Positions 12,146 through 24,952 of a stretch of 64,000 nucleotides of DNA are shown here, one piece after another (position 1 is the stretch's first letter; every line of letters begins with the position of its first letter). The notes under the pieces are model-generated. The model was not told where the DNA came from. It did not search any database and worked only from the letters and a program-made list of their open reading frames with translations. Origin of the DNA: Albugo candida (lineage: Eukaryota). A program made the translations under genes and the position numbers. The stretch covers positions 248,001 to 312,000 of the forward strand of contig JBDOQK010000012.1 in NCBI GenBank assembly GCA_040437565.1, given 5' to 3'.

Positions 12146-15100
12146 ATGTCGAGAGCACTTTTAGATAACCGATCGTTGGATTTACAAAACCTGAGAGCGA
12201 GAGGAGTGGCTACCTCACAACATCGTCACTCAACAAACAATCCAACGCGTCGAGTACAAGAAAGTATTGGTCGTCGTTCTTTGCAGTGTTCTACACGCAA
12301 TCCATCGGTTTCCGGAGAGCCACTAGCTAGCACGGATAATCGAAATATTACGATGTTACCGTTTGAGTATGATTTGGATGAAAACGATGTGAGTGAAGAC
12401 GAGTTACACACAAACAGCACTTCAGAGACATTCAACCCAAATGCTGCACCGACCTCACAATTTCCCCCCTCCTCGGTCTTCCAGCAACATCAAGTTCATT
12501 GGGAAGGATACGTACGTAAAAAAGGAGATTGGCTTCCACGATGGGAGGAACGATATCTCGTCCTCGATGGTGCAACACTAACCTATTACAACACAAAAGA
12601 AGAAGCAAGAAGTGCGCGAAATCTACGCGGAAAAATGATGATTGTAAAAGTACGTCCCGAGAATTACGGCAAAGCGCATGGTTTCCTCATTGAAACCAAA
12701 GGACATAAACATTTCCACTTATGCTGTGCAACCGAATTGGAGAAAGATATGTGGATCGAAATGATGCAAGCAGCCATCGAGCAAGCAGTTCCCTTCTCCA
12801 ACACCACACATTCTTTCGTCAGCTTACACCACTCCATCGCGCCATTCGAGCAATCCCCCGCGACTCAATCGCATCCATCCGGGTCCGAGTGTTCCGACCC
12901 GCGTACCATTCTACTGGTACAAGTCGATTTACGTAGCTTTTATGTGGCATTCCGGAAGCTTCTCATCTCCCATTCGGCCTCGCCTCAATTCTTCCCCAAA
13001 TTATCGCGAGATGTGGTTCTATGCAGCAATTACGCCCCTACGGTCCCATTTTGGGGCGAATATCACGGATTGGATGGCGTTTTACACTTCTTTTCGATTT
13101 TGTATGAGACAGTGGAATTCACAGCATTTTTTGTGACGGATATCGCTCAGGCACAAGAAGGACGCACTGCTGTGATTGCTGGACGCGAGACAATGAAAAA
13201 TCGCGAGAATGGACGGAAATTCACGCAGCAATGGCAACACACTTTAGAATTCGCTCCTGATGGACGAGTGAAAAGCCTTACGATACAGGCGGATCCGGTT
13301 GCGGCGTGGGCTGTTTTTGGATGTAATGCGACGTCGAGTCTTTCTCTACCGATCGCTGCAGTGGTTGGGAATTCAGTACAAGACAATGCAGCTGGAATGA
13401 TTCATGTTACTGTGTATCGAGGCGAGCAAATTAACACGCAAAATGGCTCTATAATGCCTGAGAAACGACTTAGTGGAAGCAGTACGACGAGCTTACTGGA
13501 TCACTGTCTGAATGTCGATGGAGGCGATCAAGTATCGCCAGCTGTTGGGTCGATTTCACGAGCAGGAGGATTCTTTCTTGGATTTAGGCTTATGGTGGAC
13601 GGGAAGACTAATGTCTATGCGCCTACAAACTCGTCAACGTGTCTGACACGCACACGCTTATCCGATCGACAGGAAGGCTTTGATCCGAAATGGAACTCGG
13701 AACATTGGCTTCCTTTCACCGGCGTTTCTCGTGGCAAACCATGTTTCATGCTCATGGAAGCCTGGCAAGTACGCACACTCAACGATGTCGGTGATGAGAA
13801 TCTACAAGTCGAAGAGCTCATTGGTGTTGCAAAAGTGAATTTAGCGCCATTTTTAGCCCTTGGAAGCTCCTCGCAAACGGTTCGAGATAGTGTGATTCAC
13901 GCGGAAATCGCTCGTGGCGCTATTCCCCAATGGTACACATTACTATCAGCGAATGAGACCCGACATTCCTGTGGAAGAGTACAACTGAGTATTCATTTTG
14001 AGGCCGCAAAGACGCACCCAAAACAAGAGGAAACAGATGCACGAGCTTCCAGCTCTACCGACGAGACAGTTCGATCCGTACAGGAGACCTCAACTTCCGT
14101 GGAAGCTCACAAACCGTGTGAGACCGAAGCCCCGACAGATTCTGGAACACAACGGATCTCCACCCGCAATTTCTCATTCCGAGACACACGTCGCGATAAT
14201 CATCATTTTCAAGTCGGAAACACGAAATTCGATATTCCTCGACGATATCAGCTCATCAAAGCCATTGGACAAGGCGCTTATGGCTGTGTGATCGCTGCCA
14301 GCGACACGGAAACAGGTCAAGCGCTCGCGATCAAAAACATCCCAAACGCATTCAACGATCTCATTGATGCCAAACGAATCCTCCGCGAAATCCGACTGAT
14401 GCGTCATTTAAATCACCCGAATCTCGTGAATCTCGTCGATCTTATTCGACCTCCATCACTCCAGGAATTCAACGATGTCTACATTGTGACGGATCTTATG
14501 GAGACGGATCTACATCGCGTTATCCATTCCAATCAAAGTATCACCGATGACCATATCCAATACTTTCTGTATCAAATGCTGGTCGCTATCCATTACGTTC
14601 ATTCGGCTCAAGTACTCCATCGCGACCTGAAACCTTCCAATATTTTGGTGAATTCCGATTGTGATTTGAAATTATGCGATTTTGGACTCGCTCGTGGTGT
14701 CAATGGAATGGATTCCGGGCTCACTGAATACGTTGTGACGCGATGGTATCGAGCTCCAGAGCTTTTGTTATCTTCAAAATACGACAAACAAATGGATGTG
14801 TGGGCTATCGGATGCATTCTCGCGGAAATGCTCGGTCGAAGACCTCTATTCCCCGGTCACGATTATCTCCACCAACTCAAGATTATCATGGATGTGGTGG
14901 GATCCCCGACGGAAAATTGTTTGGATTTCATCACGAACCCAAAAGCCAAACGATTTATTTTACGACAACCGAAAAAACCAAAAGTCCCATTGACTTCGAT
15001 CTATCCGCGAGCAAGTGGAGGCTGCATGGATCTACTGGAAAAAATGCTCGTATTCGATCCAAGGAAACGCATTACCATCGAACAGGCTTTAGAGCATCCG

Positions 15101-15613
15101 TATTTGGCTTCACTTCGAGATAAGAGTTTAGAGAAAACGTCACCGACGCCTTTCGACTTTGCATTCGAAGACTGTGATCTGACACGAATCAAGCTGCAGG
15201 AATTGATATTCGAGGATGTATGCCATTTCCATCCCGAAGCTGCAGTGTGGGAATCATCAGTGCATTCCATTTCCGGTCGATCGCCGTTGAAGCGTTCGCT
15301 GAATCGAAAGAGTTTTCCTGGACAATATGCAGCCAATGCACAGACCAGCGCTCATTCCGCACCAAATCGATCGAGTGGATCACTGGCGAAAAGCATGCAA
15401 GCTCGTTCGAGTGTCCCATGCAATCTCCAAGTCGCTCTCGTATCCTCTTCCACAGAATCCAGCAATGAGTCAACAGAACGACAATCAATTCTTCCGTCCA
15501 AAGAAGCGATTCCGCAATCACCGAGCGTCAAGGAACCAATTGTCAGTCAAACGCGTGATTCCAATGGCGTCGAAGCGACTGGAAAGGAAATCAAAGTCAC
15601 GCCAATGGTGTAG
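12146..15613 (+). CDS. Mitogen-activated protein kinase with N-terminal PH, SnoaL/NTF2-like and C2 domains (resembles the oomycete SAK1-type MAPK)
   Basis: Intronless 1155 aa ORF; PH (WEGYVRKKGDWLPRWEERYLVL...WIEMM), kinase GQGAYG, HRDLKPSN, DFG, TEY activation loop, TRWYRAPE. Confidence 0.93.
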   Translation: MSRALLDNRSLDLQNLRARGVATSQHRHSTNNPTRRVQESIGRRSLQCSTRNPSVSGEPLASTDNRNITMLPFEYDLDENDVSEDELHTNSTSETFNPNAAPTSQFPPSSVFQQHQVHWEGYVRKKGDWLPRWEERYLVLDGATLTYYNTKEEARSARNLRGKMMIVKVRPENYGKAHGFLIETKGHKHFHLCCATELEKDMWIEMMQAAIEQAVPFSNTTHSFVSLHHSIAPFEQSPATQSHPSGSECSDPRTILLVQVDLRSFYVAFRKLLISHSASPQFFPKLSRDVVLCSNYAPTVPFWGEYHGLDGVLHFFSILYETVEFTAFFVTDIAQAQEGRTAVIAGRETMKNRENGRKFTQQWQHTLEFAPDGRVKSLTIQADPVAAWAVFGCNATSSLSLPIAAVVGNSVQDNAAGMIHVTVYRGEQINTQNGSIMPEKRLSGSSTTSLLDHCLNVDGGDQVSPAVGSISRAGGFFLGFRLMVDGKTNVYAPTNSSTCLTRTRLSDRQEGFDPKWNSEHWLPFTGVSRGKPCFMLMEAWQVRTLNDVGDENLQVEELIGVAKVNLAPFLALGSSSQTVRDSVIHAEIARGAIPQWYTLLSANETRHSCGRVQLSIHFEAAKTHPKQEETDARASSSTDETVRSVQETSTSVEAHKPCETEAPTDSGTQRISTRNFSFRDTRRDNHHFQVGNTKFDIPRRYQLIKAIGQGAYGCVIAASDTETGQALAIKNIPNAFNDLIDAKRILREIRLMRHLNHPNLVNLVDLIRPPSLQEFNDVYIVTDLMETDLHRVIHSNQSITDDHIQYFLYQMLVAIHYVHSAQVLHRDLKPSNILVNSDCDLKLCDFGLARGVNGMDSGLTEYVVTRWYRAPELLLSSKYDKQMDVWAIGCILAEMLGRRPLFPGHDYLHQLKIIMDVVGSPTENCLDFITNPKAKRFILRQPKKPKVPLTSIYPRASGGCMDLLEKMLVFDPRKRITIEQALEHPYLASLRDKSLEKTSPTPFDFAFEDCDLTRIKLQELIFEDVCHFHPEAAVWESSVHSISGRSPLKRSLNRKSFPGQYAANAQTSAHSAPNRSSGSLAKSMQARSSVPCNLQVALVSSSTESSNESTERQSILPSKEAIPQSPSVKEPIVSQTRDSNGVEATGKEIKVTPMV

Positions 15614-15751
15614 CGTCCATTCACTTTGTAGTCTCATGTCAAGTTGGCCGATAAAAAGTAGAATACACATTGCATCCATTTGTACTCAATTGGCCTTATG
15701 GAAGCATTCTGCGTCATGTGTCTTTGTTAGATTCTGCTTGGCAATGGCTCG

Positions 15752-17825
15752 TTAGGAGGTGGACGCCAGGTTGAGAAGCGTAAAGAGCAGAAGCGGAAGT
15801 GTCAAATTATCGATCTGAGAGGAAGTCGCTTCAAACACACTCGTTAGACCCGACGCTAAAAGCACGCGGAGAATCTGAACAGAGAATGAAAATGTGTCGT
15901 ATCGATCAAAGACTTGGCGTACCTGACGAATCGATGGAACAGCGTACAGACGGAGGATGAAAATGGATGCCAGGGAAATGGATAGGAAGACTGCCAGTGT
16001 GCCTTCGACCGACTTGAAGCCGATACACGCGCGAGGTCGACCATACAAAGACCCAATGACTGCACCCATTGCGTCTCCAATTCCGAGCGCGAGGATTCCT
16101 GCGTGTGGAGGAAGAACGAATTGGATGTTTTTGCTGTCCATCGGATCATATGAAAGCCATAAGGGAAGTGCACAACCCAACAGGAGATATGTGTGCGTGA
16201 GAACGATACTGCCGGCTTCGCGATGATCGACGAAAATGCTCATAAATGCTGTTATTTGGGTAGCACCGAGTTTTTGGATCGATACCACTCGAACGCATTC
16301 CGTGAGAATGAAAAGTGTGATGGCGATGCTGTAGCTCAGACACAACATCTGCGTGTCCATTAATGCCACTGGGAAGAACATTACAACAACGAGACCGTGG
16401 AACAGCTTTCTTGCGATAATTTGACGAATTTTGACTGCGATCCATTGGAAAAGTGGAAGACAAAGTATCAGTAAAAGTATCCAAAAAAAAAGTACAATGA
16501 GTCGAAAGGAATGGAGAAACGATACGAGCCATTGGAATGGATTCCACGTGGAAAGGAGCACTCTGCAGATGCAAAGAACACCGACGATAGCCATACATAT
16601 CCGTCCGATACACTTGGAGATAGATGGCGGTCTATCTCGTATTTGCTGTTTGGAAAGCGGCGATAGGCACCATGCGATCAGTAGCCCTCCAAAAAGCGCG
16701 ACCTCGCTCATCCGTGCGACATTATCACGAGTATTCACAGCCCGAAGCAATAGGAAGCTGTTGCTTATCTATTGAGAAGCGTCAGAACACATCNNNNNNN
16801 NNNNNNNNNNNNNNNNNNNNNNNNNNNNNNNNNNNNNNNNNNNNNNNNNNNNNNNNNNNNNNNNNNNNNNNNNNNNNNNNNNNNNNNNNNNNNGGATTCC
16901 ACGTGGAAAGGAGCACTCTGCAGATGCAAAGAACACCGACGATAGCCATACATATCCGTCCGATACACTTGGAGATAGATGGCGGTCTATCTCGTATTTG
17001 CTGTTTGGAAAGCGGCGATAGGCACCATGCGATCAGTAGCCCTCCAAAAAGCGCGACCTCGCTCATCCGTGCGACATTATCACGAGTATTCACAGCCCGA
17101 AGCAATAGGAAGCTGTTGCTTATCTATTGAGAAGCGTCAGAACACATCGACAACGTTGTTGATGACATACCCGAGCTGACACAAGCAGTAGGAAATCGAT
17201 GAGGAAGAACGTGAAGCCTTGTGCTATTAGAATGCCTTCGCCCAAAGTGATGGATCGTCGTAGAATGCCAAGACCGAATGCAAGCACTTTGGAGAAGATT
17301 TTCCACGCAATGAATGGAAGAAATGCTGTGATATCTATCGAAAGCCTTAGTATCTATACGCATGGAATGAAGCAGTACCTCTGAATGGACCGTTGAGAAG
17401 GAACAGGAGACTTATACAAATGCGAAAAAGACCGTTCGAGCGACCCAATCGATTGAGAAGAATGCAGAGGCCGATGTACAAGCTACAGTGCGCATACGCG
17501 AGGAATACGATATCTGCGAGCATTTGTTAGCGAGATTCCGGGGAAACGAGGCTGTACCTGACGTTCCCTCGACAATCTGTCGACTTATGAGCGCCAGGGG
17601 AGGCAGTAGCACGCCAGCCATCCATCCCGAGTCCTCGGTATCTCTTTCGCGTGTGAGAGTTTGTGGGTGGAAAATGATGGAAAAAGCGCCAAATGCGAGC
17701 GTTTGCAAAGGGAACTGTAATGTCCATAGTATGGAGCTCGTTGTTGCGGTGTGAATGTGCTCGTAGAACGCCCAAAGACTCGCAAATAAAAGCACAAATG
17801 CTTCCAAAAGAATCGCATTTTTCAT
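15752..17825 (-). CDS. DOLK: Dolichol kinase (CTP-transferase family), multi-exon, spans an assembly gap
   Basis: IARKLFHGL, IVLTHTYLLLGCALPLWL, LGIGDAMGAVIGSLYG, KSVEGT, QIDNLTLPL motifs; many TM segments; start codon approximate. Confidence 0.88.
16539..17148. other. Assembly overlap: 255 bp duplicated across N gap 16794-16893
   Basis: Exact repeat either side of a 100-N gap. Confidence 0.9.
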
Positions 17826-18032
17826 TGGTGTAAATACACCATTTAGTACGCTTAAGGCGCAAAGGCGAAAAGTATGACTGTGTTTGGATGCACATACAGC
17901 GAGTGAAAATCGCATTGATAGCAAATTGATGGTATACTACGGATACATGACGTCTACATAAGCTATGTGTCGCGGTCGTAGTATCTAAAACGATCTTGAA
18001 ATTACGTAACGGTTGCCTCCTGGTGAAGCATC

Positions 18033-18944
18033 ATGCCTGAGCCTTCCGCGCTCTCCACACCTCAAAATGACGCCATTTCTGTGGCACCAGCAGATGTCAA
18101 AGTGAGACTGAGTCGCTACTATCGCCATCTACTGATTGTCGTATGCAGATCATCCTTTTGGGCGATTCCGCGGTCGGTAAATCAAAGCTTGTAGAGCGAT
18201 ATATGATGAATGAGTTCCAACCGCGTCAGGTGCTTCTCCTCGTCTTTCCAAATGGATTGACAGTGTATTTGGTGTCAACAGCTCTCCACATACGCATTGA
18301 CAATGTACCGAAAAGAGGTCATGATAGAAGGGTCCAATACGCCGATTCAAGTCGGTACACTGAACGAGAGAACAAAGGCTGAAAAGAGCGCTTAGCATCA
18401 CTTTCAATAGACTTTTGGGACACAGCCGGCCAGGAGCGATTTTCCAATATGCATCCGTCGTACTATTTTGGAGCCCACGCGTGTATTTTGGTGCGTGTTC
18501 CGATACCATAGAACGCTCTGACGTGCTGAGAATAGGTTTTTGACGTCACGAGGAAAATCACGTATCAGAATCTGGCGAATTGGTATCAGGAGCTTCGAGA
18601 GTATTGCGAGCATATTCCGTGCTTTTTAGCAGCCAATAAGATCGATGTGGATATGAATGTATGCGGTGGATGAGAGTTGTGTACGATTTACAGGATCTTG
18701 TGTGATCAGGTTACTACTAAAAGCTTCAAATTCGCAGAAAAGCATCAGATCGAATTTGAGTTCGTATCAGCGGCCGACGGAACAAATGTCGTGAAAGTGA
18801 GCGAGCTATTATTAAGGAGAATGCGGTATTGAATTGGATTGGTAGGTGTTTGAGGGTGCAGTGCAAGCGGCTATGAAGCATAAGGAAGAGGGGGGCGATT
18901 TTATGACGCAGGTGTTGGAGCTTTTGGATTCAAGTGTTTTGTAG
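18033..18944 (+). CDS. RABL2: Rab-like GTPase 2, 7 exons
   Basis: Spliced: IILLGDSAVGKSKLVERY, QLSTYALT, DFWDTAGQERFSNMHPSYY, VFDVTRKITYQNL, ANKID, VSAADGTNVVK; no C-terminal Cys prenylation motif. Confidence 0.9.
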
Positions 18945-19189
18945 GAAGTTGTAGAGTTGTTTGTAATGCGTTAGAATGCTTGGAGAAAGCACGAGTTGGT
19001 GGATGGATGGTGTGTGTAGGTAGCGCTGAAGAGAACACTCACTGAATTTCGTATAATCTTTACTGATCGTTTATGAGAGCGATTTTTCCGTTAAAGTGTG
19101 ATCGATTTCTCCATTTCATGCTACTGTGAATGGTTGATTTGATTGGATGAAAATTGTTATTTCAAGCAATCGGGATTGAGTATCTGGTC

Positions 19190-20352
19190 ATGAATCCCAA
19201 CAGTGCTGATGTGAATTCCGCATCACTTCCTATCGATAAGCGCGATGCAAGCAGTGAGCAACACGACGCACCTGATACAATGGATGACAACGTGCAACAT
19301 ACCATCATAAGTACTGAAAACGACCGTAAGAATCGCAAGGAAATGGATAGCGCTTCTATCGTATTTGCGAGCTGTATAACGCGCGATATGACTGATATCA
19401 TCCAAGCATTTGCAACGCAGTCACTTGTTCAATTCCAAATGTTTAAACAAATTTGGAAACAGAAACGAATGAGTGCCGCTTTTCACGTCGAGTTTTGGGA
19501 CAGCAATCCCACACAAATTCACGAAACGATTCTTTGTTCTGCTCTCAGTACGCTTCTTGAAAAGCTACAATGGATGATCTCTCACTGCTTTCGTAGATCT
19601 ATTGGTTAATAATGTCTTGAAGGAGAAAAATAGGGAGCATGCTGCGTACGTCATTGGATCAATATTTGCATTGTATTGCACTTATTCCGTCCAGCTGAGC
19701 GATCCCAAATTCAAGATCGCTGTGAATCCGAGTACGGCTATAGAATGGGCTAACAACGACAATGACATTGTTTCATGTAGTGACTTGGATGGCCTTGTCA
19801 CTTGTTCAAAGCAGATTGGTGGACTCTGACTCGACCGAGGAGTTCTTCCCTCGGGCTTCTGTTCAAGTGGAAGCGATAATGCGCAAGCTTTTCGCTGAAA
19901 ATGCCTTTGTGAAATGCTTGCGTGGATATACGCAGGGAAAGAATACACGCAGTAAATGTCAAGAAACCATCGTTTCATTGAAGATGCTGCATCTACAAAA
20001 TGCTCCGATACAAGCAGCTCACCATGTAGGCATACTCATCTTGCGGATGTCAGTGCTTCTACAAGCTGTAATGAGATTCAGAGCTTCTACGTAGATAGAC
20101 GTGTCAGAATTCAGTCACTTGGACGCTATTGATTCGAATTATACGCTTCTCAGGGACGCAATTCCACCGACACGAGTGGCAAAATCTCTTCAGGGACTCA
20201 AGGATCAGCGAAGAGCGCTTGTGAGTAGCTTACAACAACAGCTTCAGAGTATACGGAGGTATAATGAGGAGGGACTCCCATCCAGTACAATTTCGGTTGA
20301 AGAAAAAATGTCCTCAACAAAGTGTATGGAAGTATGCTCCTCAGTAAAAGCG
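19190..20352 (+). CDS. SNAPC1: SNAPC1/SNAP43-like gene, truncated copy ending at a gap (assembly overlap of 21560-22722)
   Basis: Identical to the downstream copy up to the N gap. Confidence 0.55.
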
Positions 20353-20452
20353 NNNNNNNNNNNNNNNNNNNNNNNNNNNNNNNNNNNNNNNNNNNNNNNN
20401 NNNNNNNNNNNNNNNNNNNNNNNNNNNNNNNNNNNNNNNNNNNNNNNNNNNN

Positions 20453-21314
20453 GGCACCAGCAGATGTCAAAGTGAGACTGAGTCGCTACTATCGCCATCT
20501 ACTGATTGTCGTATGCAGATCATCCTTTTGGGCGATTCCGCGGTCGGTAAATCAAAGCTTGTAGAGCGATATATGATGAATGAGTTCCAACCGCGTCAGG
20601 TGCTTCTCCTCGTCTTTCCAAATGGATTGACAGTGTATTTGGTGTCAACAGCTCTCCACATACGCATTGACAATGTACCGAAAAGAGGTCATGATAGAAG
20701 GGTCCAATACGCCGATTCAAGTCGGTACACTGAACGAGAGAACAAAGGCTGAAAAGAGCGCTTAGCATCACTTTCAATAGACTTTTGGGACACAGCCGGC
20801 CAGGAGCGATTTTCCAATATGCATCCGTCGTACTATTTTGGAGCCCACGCGTGTATTTTGGTGCGTGTTCCGATACCATAGAACGCTCTGACGTGCTGAG
20901 AATAGGTTTTTGACGTCACGAGGAAAATCACGTATCAGAATCTGGCGAATTGGTATCAGGAGCTTCGAGAGTATTGCGAGCATATTCCGTGCTTTTTAGC
21001 AGCCAATAAGATCGATGTGGATATGAATGTATGCGGTGGATGAGAGTTGTGTACGATTTACAGGATCTTGTGTGATCAGGTTACTACTAAAAGCTTCAAA
21101 TTCGCAGAAAAGCATCAGATCGAATTTGAGTTCGTATCAGCGGCCGACGGAACAAATGTCGTGAAAGTGAGCGAGCTATTATTAAGGAGAATGCGGTATT
21201 GAATTGGATTGGTAGGTGTTTGAGGGTGCAGTGCAAGCGGCTATGAAGCATAAGGAAGAGGGGGGCGATTTTATGACGCAGGTGTTGGAGCTTTTGGATT
21301 CAAGTGTTTTGTAG
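20453..21314 (+). CDS. RABL2: RABL2 second copy (5'-truncated by the gap; assembly overlap)
   Basis: Identical to 18083-18944, starts immediately after the 100-N gap. Confidence 0.55.
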
Positions 21315-21559
21315 GAAGTTGTAGAGTTGTTTGTAATGCGTTAGAATGCTTGGAGAAAGCACGAGTTGGTGGATGGATGGTGTGTGTAGGTAGCGCTGAA
21401 GAGAACACTCACTGAATTTCGTATAATCTTTACTGATCGTTTATGAGAGCGATTTTTCCGTTAAAGTGTGATCGATTTCTCCATTTCATGCTACTGTGAA
21501 TGGTTGATTTGATTGGATGAAAATTGTTATTTCAAGCAATCGGGATTGAGTATCTGGTC

Positions 21560-23565
21560 ATGAATCCCAACAGTGCTGATGTGAATTCCGCATCACTTCC
21601 TATCGATAAGCGCGATGCAAGCAGTGAGCAACACGACGCACCTGATACAATGGATGACAACGTGCAACATACCATCATAAGTACTGAAAACGACCGTAAG
21701 AATCGCAAGGAAATGGATAGCGCTTCTATCGTATTTGCGAGCTGTATAACGCGCGATATGACTGATATCATCCAAGCATTTGCAACGCAGTCACTTGTTC
21801 AATTCCAAATGTTTAAACAAATTTGGAAACAGAAACGAATGAGTGCCGCTTTTCACGTCGAGTTTTGGGACAGCAATCCCACACAAATTCACGAAACGAT
21901 TCTTTGTTCTGCTCTCAGTACGCTTCTTGAAAAGCTACAATGGATGATCTCTCACTGCTTTCGTAGATCTATTGGTTAATAATGTCTTGAAGGAGAAAAA
22001 TAGGGAGCATGCTGCGTACGTCATTGGATCAATATTTGCATTGTATTGCACTTATTCCGTCCAGCTGAGCGATCCCAAATTCAAGATCGCTGTGAATCCG
22101 AGTACGGCTATAGAATGGGCTAACAACGACAATGACATTGTTTCATGTAGTGACTTGGATGGCCTTGTCACTTGTTCAAAGCAGATTGGTGGACTCTGAC
22201 TCGACCGAGGAGTTCTTCCCTCGGGCTTCTGTTCAAGTGGAAGCGATAATGCGCAAGCTTTTCGCTGAAAATGCCTTTGTGAAATGCTTGCGTGGATATA
22301 CGCAGGGAAAGAATACACGCAGTAAATGTCAAGAAACCATCGTTTCATTGAAGATGCTGCATCTACAAAATGCTCCGATACAAGCAGCTCACCATGTAGG
22401 CATACTCATCTTGCGGATGTCAGTGCTTCTACAAGCTGTAATGAGATTCAGAGCTTCTACGTAGATAGACGTGTCAGAATTCAGTCACTTGGACGCTATT
22501 GATTCGAATTATACGCTTCTCAGGGACGCAATTCCACCGACACGAGTGGCAAAATCTCTTCAGGGACTCAAGGATCAGCGAAGAGCGCTTGTGAGTAGCT
22601 TACAACAACAGCTTCAGAGTATACGGAGGTATAATGAGGAGGGACTCCCATCCAGTACAATTTCGGTTGAAGAAAAAATGTCCTCAACAAAGTGTATGGA
22701 AGTATGCTCCTCAGTAAAAGCGAAATACATGCGGAAGGAAGTGCACGTTAGATGTAAAAACGAGGAAATAGCGATGGAAATCGGTCACTCAAGTATTAGG
22801 AGTAATGCGTGTACTGATGCTTTATTGGAGTTGGAAGAGGAACTAAAGGCTTTTACTCACGAGGAAATTTTGAATGCGGATCAGACCGAGGACTCGCAGA
22901 CTCAAGCTAAAAGTCGGAAGCGGTCGAGAGTATTTTCTGAGGGAAAACAGCTCGAGAAAGTGTCGGATATCTATAGAGATGGCCTGGATGCTTTGACTGC
23001 GGAATTGAAAAAAGATGTGCTGGATACACATGAATCAGCACACCGCCTAGAAAGTGATTCACGTCTGGAACTTACCTACCCTGTTGTTAACAATCAAGAG
23101 GCTCCAATGCCTATATCTTTTGCGAGTTGTGAGGCATTGAATGAACTTGAAAGAGAATTACAAGCTGATGTTTATACTCAGAGTCCACACTCCCTCAATG
23201 TGGTCGATACTGCTAGCTTTAGAGTTGCACCGAAAAGAAACTCAGAACGAAAAAAGACGATTGGCAAATTCAAGACTCAGATACAAAAGACCAGTCGACG
23301 TCGACTCAATACGAACAGTAAGGACCTCCCATCATCTCAAAATGCCTCAAAACGTTCGACTCTATCAACCCGTCAGAAGACTCATGACGGTTCTGCAAAG
23401 GTTGAAGAAAAACGCACCTATGATGCAAATATGTCCTCACGTGAAGTGCACATTTGTAACAAAGTATCGCCTATTGCAATAGTACAAGCAAATGATCCCT
23501 CAACCGCGAAAGAAATAGAGGACAATGATGGTCTAGCTGAATTGGAGGCGGAGCTGGCGCTTTGA
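21560..23565 (+). CDS. SNAPC1: snRNA-activating protein complex subunit 1 (SNAP43)-like, multi-exon
   Basis: FQMFKQIWKQKRMS, IGSIFALYCTYSVQ..KFKIAV, AIMRKLFAENAF match the SNAP43 domain pattern; long low-complexity C-terminal exon. Confidence 0.75.
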
Positions 23566-24339
23566 TTCATCTTAACAGAATGCTGACAAGTAGGATACCA
23601 TCACAACACATGTGCGATAAATTACTAATTACGTAAGCAAATGTTTGCCGCCCTAGGCGTGAGGATTGCGTAATACAAGAACCACAGAGTCGCCACGCAA
23701 GAATAATTTGCTCACAAAACGATCTTTGTTGACAGGTTTTCCGCTTTTCTTTCCCTTACCGCTTTTCGGCACTTCGGTCCACATTTCCTTTACATTTTCG
23801 AGAACCCTACGACAATATTTGAGGATACAACCTCACTCAGCATATGAATATATTACGAACATGTTGCAATGACGATCAAAAGCTTTAACGCGAGCCAATA
23901 GTTTGTGATTATTACGGACATTGATGAGTACTTGTGAGTTGTTTTTGACGCTATGCATTAAAATAGACAAGGGACCCTTCTGGAAGTCCTCTTCGTTTTC
24001 TTGCACTCTTTTAAACTCATCCGTATCATTACTACATAAGAGCGTGAGGACGCAATCGACAGGATAGTGGCGGCAATTGTATACCTCGTCATTTCGCTTT
24101 GACTGGAGCCACGGCGGATATGCGTATATAAGGATTTAGTATGATATTTAGCATTACGTACGAATATTAAGNNNNNNNNNNNNNNNNNNNNNNNNNNNNN
24201 NNNNNNNNNNNNNNNNNNNNNNNNNNNNNNNNNNNNNNNNNNNNNNNNNNNNNNNNNNNNNNNNNNNNNNNGATATTTAGCATTACGTACGAATATTAAG
24301 TCATGCAGAAAGAATCCGAAGCACTTTTAATTTATATAC

Positions 24340-24850
24340 GTGACTCACAGTACGACGGAGGCACGTTCTCGGACAAAGCATACTCGGAATGTGGGAGGGA
24401 GGTACACTTACACTCATTGTAGTACTCACTATGTCAATCAGGCAACGCTTGGATATAAGAAGTGCCATATTACGGTTACAATACGTCAGCTTATTATTGC
24501 AATACCTGAAAGAAACTCCGGCAAATGGTTATATTACCATGTTCCAAGTCTCAATCTGGTCGTTGAGGAATCTTGTGGCGGCATTTTCTGATAGACTATC
24601 AAGAGCGCACTTACCTACTGTTACCACAAGCCATGAGGCGATCGATGCTTGGAAACTCCGTATTCTATATGATTGACTATCATTCGCTGCTAAATTTTCA
24701 TTGGTCATACATCACGTTCAACTCCAGACTGATTCAAATAACCTTGAATTCCGATCTCACAGGTATTCGAGCTGTTATAGGTTGTAATTGTTCAAGTGTT
24801 CAGTGCACCCCAAAGCTGCAGACCGTCCCGTCGCACACATTCAAACGCTT
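24340..24850 (+). mobile_element. Possible degraded Ty3/gypsy pol remnant (end of RNase H)
   Basis: KWL / YITMFQVSIW..RNLVAAFSDRLSR resembles the RNase H tail RWxxxLxxFxxxIxYxxGxxNxxADxLSR; heavily frameshifted. Confidence 0.3.
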
Positions 24851-24952
24851 CTAGATTTTCGACAATCTGACTCCTTGATTGATGTAAACCACACCGTGTT
24901 ATCGTTATCATAGTGTATATAACACAACTCCAAATTTAGAAAGCAACGCAAT

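Larger units (their letters stand above)
18083..22722. other. Assembly overlap: 2270 bp duplicated across N gap 20353-20452
   Basis: Exact repeat ending and starting at the gap. Confidence 0.9.

Noticed and set aside
18083-22722. Tandem duplication of RABL2 plus SNAPC1
   Set aside because: Copies appear identical and break exactly at a 100-N gap, as at all other gaps: assembly overlap
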